Positions 10,250 to 22,069 of a stretch of DNA of 64,000 bases are shown here, in pieces (the stretch's first letter is position 1; each line of letters begins with the position of its first letter). The DNA lies in NCBI GenBank assembly GCA_020846775.1, contig JADLDG010000035.1, positions 31,569 through 95,568 on the forward strand, in the 5' to 3' direction. The DNA comes from Nitrospirota bacterium. Lineage in GTDB: Bacteria; Nitrospirota; 9FT-COMBO-42-15; HDB-SIOI813. The notes under the pieces are model-generated. The model searched no databases and had not been told where the DNA came from. It was given only the letters and a program-made list of their open reading frames with translations. Both the position numbers and the translations under genes were made by a program.

Positions 10250-11191
10250 TTATATTGAAACCCTCATCTTTGCTTTAAAATATTCGATTGTCTTTGTTAG
10301 TCCCTCCGTTAATTCAACTGTCGGTTTCCACCCCAGGACAGAAGTTGCCCTTGCAATATCAGGCTGTCTTACCTTGGGGTCATCTTCAGGAAGGGGTGTA
10401 TTAATTATCCTGCTTTTACTGCCTGTAAGTGAGAGTATCTCTTTTGCCATGCCAACCACCGTCATTTCGTGCGGATTACCAATGTTGACAGGCATTTTAT
10501 AATCTGACATCAATAGCCTGTATATACCATCAACCATATCATCTATGTAGCAGAAACTCCTTGTCTGCAAACCGTCTCCAAAAACTGTTACATCCTCGTC
10601 CCTGAGTGCCTGAGCTATAAAGTTGGGAATAGCCCTCCCGTCCCTTATCCTCATCCTGGGTCCATAAGTATTAAATATCCTGACAATCCTTGTATCTACC
10701 TGGTGGTATCTGTGATATGCCATTGTCATAGCCTCTGCAAACCTTTTTGCCTCGTCGTAGACCCCTCGAGGGCCCACAGGATTCACATTGCCCCAGTAGT
10801 CTTCATTTTGAGGGTGGATTAGCGGATCACCATAAGTCTCAGATGTGGAAGCCAGAAGAAACCTCGCCTTTTTCTCTTTGGCCAGACCAAGAACTTTATG
10901 AGTGCCCAGGGAACCAACTTTTAGTGTCTGAATCGGATACTCCATGTAGTCAAGGGGACTAGCCGGACTTGCGAAGTGAAGTATATAGTCAAGATCCCCC
11001 TTAATATATATATAGTTTGTTACATCATAATTTATGAAAGAAAACCTGCTGCTTTGTATGTGACTTATATTATCCGATGAACCTGTGATGAGATTATCCA
11101 TGCAGATAACCTCATCTCCTCCGGCAAGAAACCTGTCACAGAGATGAGACCCTAAAAAACCTGCGCCGCCTGTTATTAATACCTTAGCCAT
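10250..11191 (-). CDS. NAD-dependent epimerase/dehydratase, UDP-glucuronate decarboxylase (UXS)-like
   Basis: Rossmann motif [18 protein letters not shown] YxxxK catalytic signature is present. Overall similarity to the UDP-xylose synthase family. Confidence 0.75.
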   Translation of the reverse strand: MAKVLITGGAGFLGSHLCDRFLAGGDEVICMDNLITGSSDNISHIQSSRFSFINYDVTNYIYIKGDLDYILHFASPASPLDYMEYPIQTLKVGSLGTHKVLGLAKEKKARFLLASTSETYGDPLIHPQNEDYWGNVNPVGPRGVYDEAKRFAEAMTMAYHRYHQVDTRIVRIFNTYGPRMRIRDGRAIPNFIAQALRDEDVTVFGDGLQTRSFCYIDDMVDGIYRLLMSDYKMPVNIGNPHEMTVVGMAKEILSLTGSKSRIINTPLPEDDPKVRQPDIARATSVLGWKPTVELTEGLTKTIEYFKAKMRVSI

Positions 11192-11309
11192 ATCTTTTAC
11201 CTCTTTATTCTGAACTCCCTGACCTTACCCGCATCCTCTCCCTGAGAAATTGCATATTCATCATTGTATTCTTCACATTGCTAATTGCTCTCTTTGACGC
11301 GGCTGTATC

Positions 11310-12089
11310 CTACTTCTGACCTTTGACGCCTTCAGCTTGACTGCCTCCTGACGTCGGTTTACCTGATCCCTGCAGAGGGCCCTTTGTTAAATCCGGGGAA
11401 TCTCCCCTAAGCTTGCCTAAACGGGCCTTTGCCTCCTGACTCCAGGCAGATGATGAATATGTCTTTATTAAATTATCGTATTGCTCTATCGCTGAAGCTG
11501 TATCACCTGAAGCCTCATAAGCCATGGCCATCTCATAAACAGCTCTGTCTTTTATCAATGCAGTCTTTAGCGAGAGCACCTTTTTGAATGTTGATAGGGC
11601 ATCAGTGTAATCACCCTTTGCCATGTATGCTGAACCAAGATTGATATATACCAGAGGAAGTATTGTATCCTGCTCAGGAAATTTGTCAATAAAGATCTTG
11701 TATACCCTGATGGCATCATCATATTGTCCAAGGGCTGAGTAACTATTGCCAATATAATAATAAGCTATACGTGCACTCTTGCTGCCTGAATATTTGTCAG
11801 CAATTTCCTGAAACATAGATATTGACTTTGAATAGTTTTCTTCCTGGAAGTAATTGTAAGCGCTATACTCCATAGCAGAGGCTTTCTTATCCCAATGAGA
11901 TGTCAGAAGTTTATATGATATCGCACCGGCAATAATGATAACGATAGCTGATACCGCTATAATCAGCGGCATTTTGTACTTTTCAAATATTCCGGTTGAC
12001 CTGGTCTCAATCTCCTGTAAAATGGCATGCAAGTCTTCTGGTTGACTTGATCCTTCTTTTTTTCTGGGTACCCGTTTCTTTATTTTCAC
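11310..12089 (-). CDS. TPR repeat protein with N-terminal membrane anchor (YbgF/Tol-Pal-like)
   Basis: One TM helix followed by several 34-residue TPR-like repeats (AxxYYxxG patterns). Gly/Ser-rich C-terminal tail. Confidence 0.55.
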   Translation of the reverse strand: MKIKKRVPRKKEGSSQPEDLHAILQEIETRSTGIFEKYKMPLIIAVSAIVIIIAGAISYKLLTSHWDKKASAMEYSAYNYFQEENYSKSISMFQEIADKYSGSKSARIAYYYIGNSYSALGQYDDAIRVYKIFIDKFPEQDTILPLVYINLGSAYMAKGDYTDALSTFKKVLSLKTALIKDRAVYEMAMAYEASGDTASAIEQYDNLIKTYSSSAWSQEAKARLGKLRGDSPDLTKGPLQGSGKPTSGGSQAEGVKGQK

Positions 12090-12195
12090 AAAATCACCTC
12101 TTTATATAGTTTGTAAATCAAATTCCTAAACTTATAAATACTATGTAATTCAACTTTCCTTGTCAAGTGGCCAATTGTATGGTATCTATTTATAA

Positions 12196-12993
12196 GTGAA
12201 TCAAACCTTTCATAACCTTAAGTACATTGAAAAAAAAAGATGGGAACTATTAAGTCTTGAATTATTAGTCCTCTCTTTCCTCACTATTTCCATCATAGTA
12301 TTGTCTCTCCTTGAACAAAAGTATTTAACTCTCTTATTTTTGCCAATTCTTACGGTATTATTCTCTGCCTACATAATTAACAAACAGCGGGAATTAAAGA
12401 AACTTGATGAAGACCTTTCAGAGGAGCTGTTCAGGAATGTTGAAGAGAAGATGAAGGCAGCCTCAATGCAAGAGAGACTAAGAGAAGTAACCCTGCTATA
12501 CAGGGCAGGCCGCATAACGGTTTCATCTCTAACACTGCAAATGAAGCTCGACAAGATGCTGCATCTTGCTTTCAATATGGTAAATGCCAATAGAGCGTCA
12601 ATCATGTTGATAAATGAGAGAATGGGGAACTTTGTAGTTGCAAGCTCTATAGGCAATTACCCGGACATAGTAAGGGCCAATTCGCAAAGGGTGGATGAAG
12701 GCGTAGCGGGATGGGTCTGCAAACACGGGACACCTCTGATCCTTACAGGGAAAGTTAATGATGACAGGTTTCACAACTTCCAGGACAAGCCTGAAGATAT
12801 CTCTTCTTCGATTTGCCTGCCCATAAAACTGAAAGGACAGGTAATAGGAGCGCTTAATTTAAATTATCAGCATGAACAAAAAAGGGTTTTTACAGAACAC
12901 GATGTACGTTTATTGTCCATCTTTGCAAGATATATCTCGACAACAATTGAGCAAACACAGATTTCTTTAAAGAAACAATCAATCCAGGCTTAA
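12196..12993 (+). CDS. membrane-anchored GAF domain protein
   Basis: Two N-terminal hydrophobic helices followed by a GAF-like domain (ASIMLINERMGNFVVASS ... LPIKLKGQVIGALNL). Confidence 0.5.
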   Translation: MNQTFHNLKYIEKKRWELLSLELLVLSFLTISIIVLSLLEQKYLTLLFLPILTVLFSAYIINKQRELKKLDEDLSEELFRNVEEKMKAASMQERLREVTLLYRAGRITVSSLTLQMKLDKMLHLAFNMVNANRASIMLINERMGNFVVASSIGNYPDIVRANSQRVDEGVAGWVCKHGTPLILTGKVNDDRFHNFQDKPEDISSSICLPIKLKGQVIGALNLNYQHEQKRVFTEHDVRLLSIFARYISTTIEQTQISLKKQSIQA

Positions 12994-13749
12994 TGAATTC
13001 CTTGTTTTTGCATTCTTGCAAAAGATCTTCGCACCTATAATACCGAGTTCATACAATATTATAAGTGGAACAGCCATTAATAATTGATTAAATACATCAG
13101 GAGTCGGTGTTAATACGGCTGCCACTATAAAATTGACAAGAATGGCATACTTGCGGTTCTTTGTTAAAAATCCTATGGTAAGAATCCCTGTTTTAGTAAG
13201 AAAAATAATCACAATCGGAAGTTCGAAAATTAAGCCAAATGCCAGCATGAACTTCATAACAAAATCCAGATATGAACCGATTGATATCATGGGAGTCAGG
13301 TTCGACGTCTTGTATGTAAACAGAAATTCAAGAGCATATCTGAGAATAACAAAATAACAGAAAAGAACTCCAAGTACGAAGGAAACTATACCTACAATCA
13401 GAAAGGGCAGTGCATATTTTCGTTCATTTCCATAAAGCCCGGGTGATGCAAACCTCCACAACTGGTAAAGAATTACAGGCATGGCAATAAAAAACCCTGC
13501 AAGAAATGCCACCTTAAAGTTAGTCCAGAGTGCCTCGGCAGGGGATAAGAACACGAAGCTATGCTTGTGCTCACTGCTTATAAGATCTGTTAGAATTTTA
13601 AGAAGATCTTCAGAAAAATAAAAGGAAATAACGAACCCGGCAACAACCGCTACTACGGATACAATCAGACAAGTCCTTAGCTCTGCCAGGTGCCCTGTCA
13701 GAGACATCTTCTTGTCTGAGAATGTCTCATTTACATTATCATTACTCAT
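12979..13749 (-). CDS. tatC: Sec-independent protein translocase TatC
   Basis: N-terminal LTGHLAELRTCLI motif and six predicted TM segments. Length (256 aa) is typical of TatC. Confidence 0.8.
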   Translation of the reverse strand: MSNDNVNETFSDKKMSLTGHLAELRTCLIVSVVAVVAGFVISFYFSEDLLKILTDLISSEHKHSFVFLSPAEALWTNFKVAFLAGFFIAMPVILYQLWRFASPGLYGNERKYALPFLIVGIVSFVLGVLFCYFVILRYALEFLFTYKTSNLTPMISIGSYLDFVMKFMLAFGLIFELPIVIIFLTKTGILTIGFLTKNRKYAILVNFIVAAVLTPTPDVFNQLLMAVPLIILYELGIIGAKIFCKNAKTRNSLSLD

Positions 13750-13772
13750 CTATTCCGCTTCTTACATCTTTC

Positions 13773-14021
13773 TTAGACGCTCTTCTTTCCTGCCTTCTGC
13801 TTACTTTCCTCTTCCCGGAATATCTTGAGCATTATATCCTTTGCAAGAAGTTTCTCCTTCTGTAGATTCTTTCGAAGAACCTCGTCTTCAGGTGTAAGTA
13901 CGTGCTTTCTGTTCAGACTCCGTATTTCCCGTTCAAGCCTGTCATGTTTTTCCTCCATTAGCAGATACTCATCATTCTCCCTGCGCAGTTTTTCTTTCAA
14001 AGCCACACGCTTCTCTTTCAT
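13773..14021 (-). CDS. small coiled-coil protein (DUF465/YdcH-like)
   Basis: 82 aa, highly charged and helical. Pattern resembles the DUF465 family. Confidence 0.35.
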   Translation of the reverse strand: MKEKRVALKEKLRRENDEYLLMEEKHDRLEREIRSLNRKHVLTPEDEVLRKNLQKEKLLAKDIMLKIFREEESKQKAGKKSV

Positions 14022-14042
14022 AAATCCCCCTCTCCGGCCCCA

Positions 14043-14504
14043 TTAAAGCTCAAGGGCCATAACAAGTGCATCTTCCACAGGATTCTTATAGTACTTGGTT
14101 CTGCATACAATAACATTAAATCCAAATTTTCTATACAATTCCTGAGCCGCCATATTAGACCGCCTCACTTCCAATAATACGGTCTTTACACCATCTATTT
14201 TCCAGTAATCAATTGCAAATAGTAAGATGATTCGAGCGATGCCTTTTCTTCTGTAATTCTTTAGTACTGCAATGTTCATAATATGTGCTTCATCAACTAC
14301 GCGCCAGAAGCAAAAATATCCAACTAATTTCCCTGAAATCTGCCTGGCCACCCAGAGACGCGAAAATGAATTAAACAATTCTGAATGAAACATCTCAATG
14401 GCCCATGGATCAGAAAAGGCCTCTCGTTCAATCTGCATAACATCAAAGAGGTCCTCTTCTTTCATATCTTCAATTACGATGTTGTCCTCTCTGATCAATA
14501 CCAT
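14043..14504 (-). CDS. rimI: ribosomal-protein-alanine N-acetyltransferase (GNAT)
   Basis: GNAT motifs (QIEREAFSDPW ... RRKGIARIIL). Start moved to MVLIRE (14504) because the longer ORF would run into tsaB. Location next to tsaB is typical. Confidence 0.7.
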   Translation of the reverse strand: MVLIREDNIVIEDMKEEDLFDVMQIEREAFSDPWAIEMFHSELFNSFSRLWVARQISGKLVGYFCFWRVVDEAHIMNIAVLKNYRRKGIARIILLFAIDYWKIDGVKTVLLEVRRSNMAAQELYRKFGFNVIVCRTKYYKNPVEDALVMALEL

Positions 14505-14535
14505 CCCTCTGCCGGCCTCCTGCTTCCCCGTACGA

Positions 14536-15228
14536 TTATCCCTGTCTTGCCATAAACTTAATCTCTGCCTCAGACTTACGTATATAGACAGGGACCAGAC
14601 TTCCGGAACCGGCCTTGCCCTTCTGAAAGTTTTGCAGACCCAATATTGCAACAGATATCCCGGAAGGCAGTATAGTATTGGCAGGGGCAAAAAATGCCAG
14701 ATCTCCCAGATGTCTCTTTAACAGATCCCTGTAGACATGTACCCCATCCCCTGTAAACATAACTGGTTCATTGAGCCTGTCAATGAGCTTATCGGGGGAT
14801 ATTACAAAATCATCTGTCTGCCTGATAATACTACCATTGTCCGTATATTTAAAGAGGGCCGTATAAACCTCACTTTTCTTAGCGTCGAGGAGTGGACAGA
14901 CGAGATACCTGCAAAACGGGGTATTAAATGCAAGCGCCTCGAGAGTAGATACAGGAACAACACTCTTTCCAGATACCAAACTGAGCCCTTTGACCGTACC
15001 CAGACCTATCCTCAGTCCTGTAAAAGAACCAGGCCCTATTGAGATTGCCAAACACTCTATCTGATCCAGGGTAATTTGTACACTCTCAATAAGACCGGAG
15101 ACAGCCTCCATCAATCTCTCAGAATGAGTTCTCTCAATATTGAGGCTAATCTGACCAAGGGGCCTGTCATCATCAATAATACCAACACTACCCATCATGG
15201 TGGATGTATCTACACCTATTACCTTCAT
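14536..15228 (-). CDS. tsaB: tRNA threonylcarbamoyladenosine biosynthesis protein TsaB (YeaZ)
   Basis: N-terminus MKVIGVDTSTMMGSVGI and an inactive Kae1/YgjD-like fold. Conserved tsaB-rimI pairing. Confidence 0.75.
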   Translation of the reverse strand: MKVIGVDTSTMMGSVGIIDDDRPLGQISLNIERTHSERLMEAVSGLIESVQITLDQIECLAISIGPGSFTGLRIGLGTVKGLSLVSGKSVVPVSTLEALAFNTPFCRYLVCPLLDAKKSEVYTALFKYTDNGSIIRQTDDFVISPDKLIDRLNEPVMFTGDGVHVYRDLLKRHLGDLAFFAPANTILPSGISVAILGLQNFQKGKAGSGSLVPVYIRKSEAEIKFMARQG

Positions 15229-15926
15229 TTCTTAACCTCATTATATACTATCTTCTTAAACCTCACCCTACCTATCTTTCGTCCTATTCCATTGTTTATT
15301 ATAATCTCAAACGGCGTCATTATGCCATTGACAGCCCTGAAGTCTCTGTAGATCGCATCAAAAATTCTGACACCATATTTGTCAGGAAGGCTTGAGTAAA
15401 GTTCTTTTTTTACTATCACCGTTTCTGTTTTGTCAATCCACCAGCGCCGTAGCGGATTGGCAATACCGCCTGAACAGATCAGCTGAGTCACCACATAGAG
15501 ATTACCTGTCTCCTCTGTAAACCAGCTATATTCCCTGGAATTATCACTTCCGTAAAAATCAATAACCTCCTTAATGATGTTTGGAGGTAGTGTATCCTTA
15601 TCCGGGAAATTACTAACATCACCGGAAATAACTCCATCTACAAGCTTGATATCAAATAGGGTAAAACCGGCCGGCGAGAGACCGACAAGCCGGAAGATGC
15701 CCTCTTTTTCATAACTTAAATATGCATCAATGGAAGGGCTGGCAACATCAGCAGGTTTAATATTCAGTTCAGCCCTTAAACTATTTACGGCCAGTAATCT
15801 CTCCTGAAGAAATTCAAAAGAACTTGTATCACTGCTTACAGAGAGATTAAGCGGCGGCCTCACTGATGTACATGATAGAAGAAACGGAATTGATAACAGT
15901 ATAAATAAATAAAATACAATTTTCAT
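15225..15926 (-). CDS. putative lipoprotein
   Basis: Signal peptide with lipobox (FLLSC). 233 aa. No catalytic motifs. Confidence 0.4.
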   Translation of the reverse strand: MKIVFYLFILLSIPFLLSCTSVRPPLNLSVSSDTSSFEFLQERLLAVNSLRAELNIKPADVASPSIDAYLSYEKEGIFRLVGLSPAGFTLFDIKLVDGVISGDVSNFPDKDTLPPNIIKEVIDFYGSDNSREYSWFTEETGNLYVVTQLICSGGIANPLRRWWIDKTETVIVKKELYSSLPDKYGVRIFDAIYRDFRAVNGIMTPFEIIINNGIGRKIGRVRFKKIVYNEVKK

Positions 15927-17281
15927 CAGAAAAACATCGCATCAATCGCACTCTTGACCGTTGAAACTCCAATTACCTCAACATTGGTATTTATGGAAAG
16001 CTGACCTGCATTACGCTCAGGAATTATACAACGTTTAAAACCCAACTTTGCGGACTCCTTTACCCTGACGTCCGCGGAGGTCACGCCACGAACTTCACCA
16101 CCCAGACCAACTTCCCCAAAAACCACCGTTTCCGGATCAATAGGAATCTCCCTGAAACTTGATGTCAGAGCGGCTATAATGCTCAGGTCAATAGCAGGCT
16201 CACTTAACTCAAGACCTCCAACGACATTGACAAAAATGTCCTGGCCCTGAATATGGATACCGACTCTTTTGTCAAGAACCCCGACCAGAAGCAGCAACCG
16301 GTTATAGTCAACACCGATTGCCCCCCTCTTAGGTATACCAAAAGGAGATGCGCTGACCAGTGCCTGAATCTCGGTCAGTATGGGCCGGCTACCCTCTATG
16401 CTGGCTGCTACAACTGAACCTGCTGAACCTGCTGTCCTCTCTGACAAAAAAAGACTTGAAGGATTTGATACCTCCTCAAGACCGCCTTCCCTCATTTCAA
16501 ACACCCCTATTTCATGGGTAGACCCAAAACGATTTTTTACTGACCTTAATATTCTGTATGGATGTCCCCTGTCACCTTCAAAATACAAAACAGTATCAAC
16601 GATATGCTCCAGCACCCTCGGACCCGCGATTGTCCCATCCTTTGTAACATGACCGACAATAAAAACAGGTACCCCGTTCTTTTTTGCATAATTCATCAGG
16701 ATAGAGGCTGTTTCACGCACCTGACTAACACTGCCCGGGGCTGAAGAAATAGCGGCAGTATACATGGTTTGTATAGAGTCAACTATCAGGGCATTGTATG
16801 CTGACTTCTGAAGGTGTATCAGTATTTCATCTAAGGAAGTCTCAGATACGATGTAAAGGCCTTTTGAAGAAACATCAAGCCTTTCAGACCGGAGCTTAAT
16901 CTGTGCAGGTGATTCTTCACCTGATATATACAGAACTTTTTTTGTAACGTCTGTTACTTTCTCAGCAACCTGCAGGAGAAGTGTTGACTTTCCAATTCCA
17001 GGGTCTCCGCCTATCAGAACAACTGATCCCGGGACAATTCCACCGCCCAGTACTCTGTCGAACTCCCCGATTCCGGTCAGCAGTCTGTCACCCTTCTCAT
17101 ACTCTATATCATCAAGTACACAGGGGATAATTTCTGAATCAGGGCTCCTGGTGGTAAGCGGTACGGCATTGACACTCTCTTCCGCTATAGTATTCCATCC
17201 GTTGCAATCGGGACACCGTCCCATCCATTTAGCTGAACTATAACCACAGGCTTGACATATAAACAGACTCTTCAGTTTCAT
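15926..17281 (-). CDS. radA: DNA repair protein RadA/Sms
   Basis: N-terminal zinc ribbon CxxC...CxxC (CQACGY...CPDCNGW). Walker A GDPGIGKST. KNRFG motif. Lon-like C-terminal domain. Confidence 0.9.
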   Translation of the reverse strand: MKLKSLFICQACGYSSAKWMGRCPDCNGWNTIAEESVNAVPLTTRSPDSEIIPCVLDDIEYEKGDRLLTGIGEFDRVLGGGIVPGSVVLIGGDPGIGKSTLLLQVAEKVTDVTKKVLYISGEESPAQIKLRSERLDVSSKGLYIVSETSLDEILIHLQKSAYNALIVDSIQTMYTAAISSAPGSVSQVRETASILMNYAKKNGVPVFIVGHVTKDGTIAGPRVLEHIVDTVLYFEGDRGHPYRILRSVKNRFGSTHEIGVFEMREGGLEEVSNPSSLFLSERTAGSAGSVVAASIEGSRPILTEIQALVSASPFGIPKRGAIGVDYNRLLLLVGVLDKRVGIHIQGQDIFVNVVGGLELSEPAIDLSIIAALTSSFREIPIDPETVVFGEVGLGGEVRGVTSADVRVKESAKLGFKRCIIPERNAGQLSINTNVEVIGVSTVKSAIDAMFF

Positions 17282-17307
17282 ATCCTGTCTTTATTAACTT
17301 TTAGACC

Positions 17308-17667
17308 CTACTCCCCTCCATCTGCATTGCCTCCCAGTGTCCGTGTGACTAATTCACTGATTTTTTTCTTATCCTTCGACGAAATATTTACGAATTTTAT
17401 ACCCATACCGGGAACAAAGTCCCTTGCAAATTCTATTCTGCTCCATACTACCAATCCTTTCATAACAGTCTTGTCAATATCTCCCGGCAGGAACAATTCC
17501 ATTGTAATGACATCGTCTATTGAGAACGGGTGAAAAGTCTCTATAAACAGACCACCTCCCCCGATAACTGAGGTGAAACCCTCCTCTATCACTATGCTTT
17601 CAGGACTATGGTACTTTATAATCAGGGAAAGAGGAGCGCGTAAAAATCGTCGTCGTTCCTTATTCAT
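17308..17667 (-). CDS. PilZ domain protein (putative c-di-GMP receptor)
   Basis: RxxxR (RRRFLR) and DxSxGG-like (TSVIGGGG) motifs. 119 aa. Immediately downstream of purF. Confidence 0.65.
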   Translation of the reverse strand: MNKERRRFLRAPLSLIIKYHSPESIVIEEGFTSVIGGGGLFIETFHPFSIDDVITMELFLPGDIDKTVMKGLVVWSRIEFARDFVPGMGIKFVNISSKDKKKISELVTRTLGGNADGGE

Positions 17668-17681
17668 ATATCAGAATTACT

Positions 17682-19058
17682 TCATACGTCAAAAAGACCA
17701 AGCTGATTTATTTCGTCATCACTAAACGGAATAGGATAATCCCCATTAAAACAAGCAACACAGAATTTATCCGGCGGGTTGCTGACGGCCTTTAACATCC
17801 CCTCTATACTCAGATATGCGAGGGTATCTGCCGTTATTTGCCTGCCGATATCTTCAACCTCCATATTCGAGGCAATAAGCTCCCTTCTTGTAGGTGTATC
17901 TATACCATAAAAACAGGAGTATTTTACAGGCGGTGATGCTATCCGCATATGAACCTCGACTGCCCCTGCCTCCCGTATCATTGTTACTATCTTCTTGCTT
18001 GTGGTACCCCTGACGATGGAATCATCCACAACTACGACCCTTTTTCCTTTCAACACTTCTTTAACAGGGTTCAGTTTCAGTCTTACGCCAAAGTTTCTAA
18101 TGGATTGCTTTGGAACAATGAATGTCCGACCAACATAATGACTCCTGATAAGTCCGTTGTCAAACGGAATACCGCTGCCCTCGGCAAAGCCCATGGCAGC
18201 AGGGGTTCCGGAGTCAGGAACAGGGATAACAATATCAGCATCAACCGCCGATTCTTTAGCCAGTTCTACACCCATCTTCTTCCGTATACTATTGACGCTC
18301 TCACCATACACATAACTGTCAGGACGTGCAAAGTAGATATGCTCAAAAATACAAAACGCCTCATTTACTTTATCAAATGGCATATATGATGTCAGTCCAT
18401 TATTATTTATGACTACAACTTCTCCCGGCAGGATGTCCCGAATAAAACGTGCGCCTATCAACTCAAAGGAACTTGTCTCGGAAGAAAGTACAAGAGACCC
18501 GTTGATTTCACCAAGTGACAGTGGACGAAAACCATAGGAATCCCTTACACCAATCATCTCCTTATCCGTAAGTATCAGCATCGAGTATGCGCCTTTTACC
18601 TTTTTCAGTGCATCTATTATTCTATCAAGTATAGTCTTCTCTCTGGAAAGCGCTATCAGGTGGACAATGACCTCACTGTCAATAGAAGACTGAAAGATTG
18701 AGCCATGTGCCTCCAGCTCACGCCTGAGAAAGGATGCGTTGACTAAATTACCGTTATGGGCCAGTGCAAGAGAGCCCATTGCAAAGTTTACAACTACAGG
18801 CTGCACATTTTCGATGATACTATCGCCGCAAGTTGAGTATCTGTTGTGACCTATAGCGCTCCTCCCCTTCAGAAATTCGAAATTATCATCCTTGAAGATC
18901 TCGGAAACAAGTCCCATCCCTTTTTTGCTGTAAAGTTTACTGCCATCACATGATACTATTCCTGACCCTTCCTGCCCTCTGTGTTGAAGACCATGGAGCC
19001 CCAGATATGTGAGGTTTGCTGCCTCGTTATGATTAAAGATGCCAAATATTCCGCACAT
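17682..19058 (-). CDS. purF: amidophosphoribosyltransferase
   Basis: Catalytic N-terminal cysteine in MCGIFGI. PRTase motif VVVVDDSIVRGTT. Start set at MCGIFG, so the ORF-track N-terminal extension was discarded. Confidence 0.9.
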   Translation of the reverse strand: MCGIFGIFNHNEAANLTYLGLHGLQHRGQEGSGIVSCDGSKLYSKKGMGLVSEIFKDDNFEFLKGRSAIGHNRYSTCGDSIIENVQPVVVNFAMGSLALAHNGNLVNASFLRRELEAHGSIFQSSIDSEVIVHLIALSREKTILDRIIDALKKVKGAYSMLILTDKEMIGVRDSYGFRPLSLGEINGSLVLSSETSSFELIGARFIRDILPGEVVVINNNGLTSYMPFDKVNEAFCIFEHIYFARPDSYVYGESVNSIRKKMGVELAKESAVDADIVIPVPDSGTPAAMGFAEGSGIPFDNGLIRSHYVGRTFIVPKQSIRNFGVRLKLNPVKEVLKGKRVVVVDDSIVRGTTSKKIVTMIREAGAVEVHMRIASPPVKYSCFYGIDTPTRRELIASNMEVEDIGRQITADTLAYLSIEGMLKAVSNPPDKFCVACFNGDYPIPFSDDEINQLGLFDV

Positions 19059-19066
19059 ATATGACC

Positions 19067-21286
19067 CTATTCTTCCCCAAGATATCCCTGCATAGCATTT
19101 TCCCATGCGTCAGCTATGACATCCACCGGCATATCAATTAAAACAGTTGTTTTATGTCGAATCACGAGTTTGTCTCCCACAACTTTTCCAATGACGGTAA
19201 AAGGAACCCCTCTGTTCACGGCAACTCCCTCCAACTCTTTAACCCTCTCAGGGCTTACAGTAATTATAATCCTTGATTGTGTCTCCCCAAAGAGAATGGC
19301 ATCCGCTCTTATTTCATCTGAAAGCCCTATTTCTGCTCCCATATTTCTCTTATCATCAGGCCTTATGCAACACTCGGAAAGGGCCACCGCCAGTCCACCC
19401 TCTGATGTATCATGTGCTGACTTTATTATACCCTGTTTAATTCCGTAAAGACAAAGTTCCTGCACATTTTTTTCAAGGTCAAGGTCAAGAAATGGAGGAA
19501 CTCCCCTGACCTTATAATGTATTTCCCTGAGATATTCACTCATTCCAAGTTCTTCAATATTGTTCCCTAAGAGGATTATTATGTCCCCTTCTTTTTTAAA
19601 GTAGTGCGTCATGCATTTAGATATATCTTCAATTATACCAGCCATTCCAATTACTGGAGTTGGATAAATGGATATATCGTTTGTCTCATTATAAAAACTT
19701 ACATTACCGCTTATAACAGGTATGTTAAATTTCCTGCAGACTACTGATATGCCTTCTATTGCCTGCTGAAACTGCCACATAATCTCAGGCTTTTCAGGAT
19801 TTCCGAAGTTGAGACAATCTGTGAGCCCAACAGGTTCGCCTCCTGCACATACAATATTTCTCGCGGCCTCTGCAACGGCTATTGCACCTCCGGCATAAGG
19901 ATCAGAGAAACAGTAACGACTGTTACAGTCTGTTGTAATGGCTATCCCTTTATTAGTCCCCTTTATCCTGATAACAGCAGAGTCAGAGCCAGGGCCAACG
20001 ACGGTATCTGTGCGCACCATATGATCATACTGCCTGTATACGCATTCTTTGGATGCAATCGTGGGGGAAGAGAGAATCGTCAGGAGAGCTTTATTCAGAT
20101 CCTCAGGTACCGGGAGATTGTCCATGTCAAGGTCATGAAGGATATCAAGATAAGGCGGAGGGGCCAGGCTCCTGTCATAAAGCGGGGCCTCATCAGTCAA
20201 GGACTCAATCGGGATTTCTGCAACCAATTCATCCATGTTAATTACCCGGATCTTTTTGCTACCAGTAACCTCACCTATAACAACTGCATCAAGGTCCCAT
20301 TTATGAAATATCTCCATAACTTCCTTTTCTTTTGCAGGTTCAGTCACTATCAGCATCCTTTCCTGAGATTCTGACAGCATTACCTCATAAGGGGTCATAC
20401 CGGATTCCCTCATGGGGACACGGTCAATATGAATATCAATGCCAGTTCCTGCCCTTCCTGCCATCTCGCAGGATGAACTTGTAAGCCCTGCGGCCCCCAT
20501 ATCCTGTATACCGACAATGAGTCCCTTGTTCATGACCTCAAGGCAAGCCTCGAGAAGAAGCTTTTCTGTAAATGGGTCTCCAACCTGCACTGTAGGCCTC
20601 TTTGCATCGGATGTTTCATCAAACACATCAGAAGCCATTGTAGCGCCATGAATACCGTCCCTGCCTGTCTTTGATCCAACATAAATAACAGGATTACCAA
20701 CACCGCTTGCCACGCCTTTAAATATCCTGTCCTTTTTGACTATTCCAAGGGCAAATACATTTACAAGTATGTTGTTGTTGTAAATCTCATCAAAATATAT
20801 TTCTCCACCGACTGTAGGAACCCCCATACAATTACCATAGCCTGCGATTCCACTTACTACACCGGTGAAAAGATATCTGTTGCGAGGTATCTTTATATCA
20901 CCAAAACGAAGTGAATTAAGTATTGCTACCGGCCTTGCCCCCATAGTGAAAATATCCCTCAGGATACCACCCACTCCGGTAGCAGCGCCCTGATATGGCT
21001 CAATAAATGACGGGTGATTATGGCTCTCCATCTTAAAGACTGCTGCAAGTCCATCACCAAGGTCTATAATCCCGGCATTCTCGCCGGGTCCCTGCAATAC
21101 CCTGTCACCTTTGGTAGGAAACTTCTTCAGGTGTATTCTTGAGCTCTTATAACTACAGTGCTCGCTCCACATTACAGAAAAGATACCCAACTCTACAATG
21201 CGAGGTTCCCTTCCAAGGATCTTTAATATCCTCTCGTATTCATCAACAGTAAATCCATGTGATTCTATTATTTCATTAGATAACAA
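19067..21286 (-). CDS. purL: phosphoribosylformylglycinamidine synthase subunit PurL
   Basis: 739 aa with duplicated AIRS-like domains typical of PurL, sitting between purQ and purF. Confidence 0.9.
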   Translation of the reverse strand: MLSNEIIESHGFTVDEYERILKILGREPRIVELGIFSVMWSEHCSYKSSRIHLKKFPTKGDRVLQGPGENAGIIDLGDGLAAVFKMESHNHPSFIEPYQGAATGVGGILRDIFTMGARPVAILNSLRFGDIKIPRNRYLFTGVVSGIAGYGNCMGVPTVGGEIYFDEIYNNNILVNVFALGIVKKDRIFKGVASGVGNPVIYVGSKTGRDGIHGATMASDVFDETSDAKRPTVQVGDPFTEKLLLEACLEVMNKGLIVGIQDMGAAGLTSSSCEMAGRAGTGIDIHIDRVPMRESGMTPYEVMLSESQERMLIVTEPAKEKEVMEIFHKWDLDAVVIGEVTGSKKIRVINMDELVAEIPIESLTDEAPLYDRSLAPPPYLDILHDLDMDNLPVPEDLNKALLTILSSPTIASKECVYRQYDHMVRTDTVVGPGSDSAVIRIKGTNKGIAITTDCNSRYCFSDPYAGGAIAVAEAARNIVCAGGEPVGLTDCLNFGNPEKPEIMWQFQQAIEGISVVCRKFNIPVISGNVSFYNETNDISIYPTPVIGMAGIIEDISKCMTHYFKKEGDIIILLGNNIEELGMSEYLREIHYKVRGVPPFLDLDLEKNVQELCLYGIKQGIIKSAHDTSEGGLAVALSECCIRPDDKRNMGAEIGLSDEIRADAILFGETQSRIIITVSPERVKELEGVAVNRGVPFTVIGKVVGDKLVIRHKTTVLIDMPVDVIADAWENAMQGYLGEE

Positions 21287-21299
21287 GGGTATCCCTCAA

Positions 21300-22007
21300 T
21301 CATGATTTATGCTTCATCTTTTCCACATAATATACCATTGACTCAAAAAGGGTATATCCATCCGTCCCGCCAAGTATCTTTTCCCCGCATCGCTCAGGAT
21401 GCGGCATCATTCCCAGCACATTTCCCTTATCATTGCATACCCCTGCAATATTACCGATTGATCCATTAGGATTAAAATCATCATCTGTATTTCCATCATT
21501 CCCCGCATATCTGAAAACAATCTGATTATTCTTCCTAAGCTGAGAATATGACTCCTGGTCTATGTAATAATTACCTTCTGCGTGTGCAATCGGCATCTTT
21601 ACAATCTGATTTTCAAAATATTTAAGGGTAAAAGGTGTATTAATATTATCAACTCTTAGATAAACATCCTTACAGATAAACTTTAAGGATTTATTCCGTA
21701 ACATCACACCTGGAAGGAGCCCTGCCTCGAGGAGTATCTGAAAACCATTACATATGCCAAGGACAAGCCCTCCACTTTCTGCAAATTGCCTTACAGCTGT
21801 CATGATCGGGGAAAGCCGGGCTATAGATCCCGTTCGAAGGTAATCACCATAAGAAAAACCGCCGGGCAGGATGACTGCATCATATTGAGAGAGATCATTT
21901 TCCTTGTGCCATACAAAACTTGCAGGCCTGCCTAATACATGCTTTACTATATTATAGCAATCATGGTCACAATTAGAACCGGGAAATACGATTATGGCAA
22001 ATTTCAT
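21300..22007 (-). CDS. purQ: phosphoribosylformylglycinamidine synthase glutaminase subunit PurQ
   Basis: [16 protein letters not shown] start and a GICNGFQ glutaminase nucleophile motif. Start set at MKFAIIV. Confidence 0.9.
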   Translation of the reverse strand: MKFAIIVFPGSNCDHDCYNIVKHVLGRPASFVWHKENDLSQYDAVILPGGFSYGDYLRTGSIARLSPIMTAVRQFAESGGLVLGICNGFQILLEAGLLPGVMLRNKSLKFICKDVYLRVDNINTPFTLKYFENQIVKMPIAHAEGNYYIDQESYSQLRKNNQIVFRYAGNDGNTDDDFNPNGSIGNIAGVCNDKGNVLGMMPHPERCGEKILGGTDGYTLFESMVYYVEKMKHKS

Positions 22008-22069
22008 TTTTAAAGAAGATTCGCTGCGAATCACACACCTTTTCGTTTATTATAACAGGAATTAAACTT

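Noticed and set aside
14505-14690. N-terminal 62-residue extension of the rimI ORF
   Set aside because: It overlaps the tsaB coding region on the same strand in another frame. The GNAT domain starts at MVLIRE, so the extension is a track artefact.
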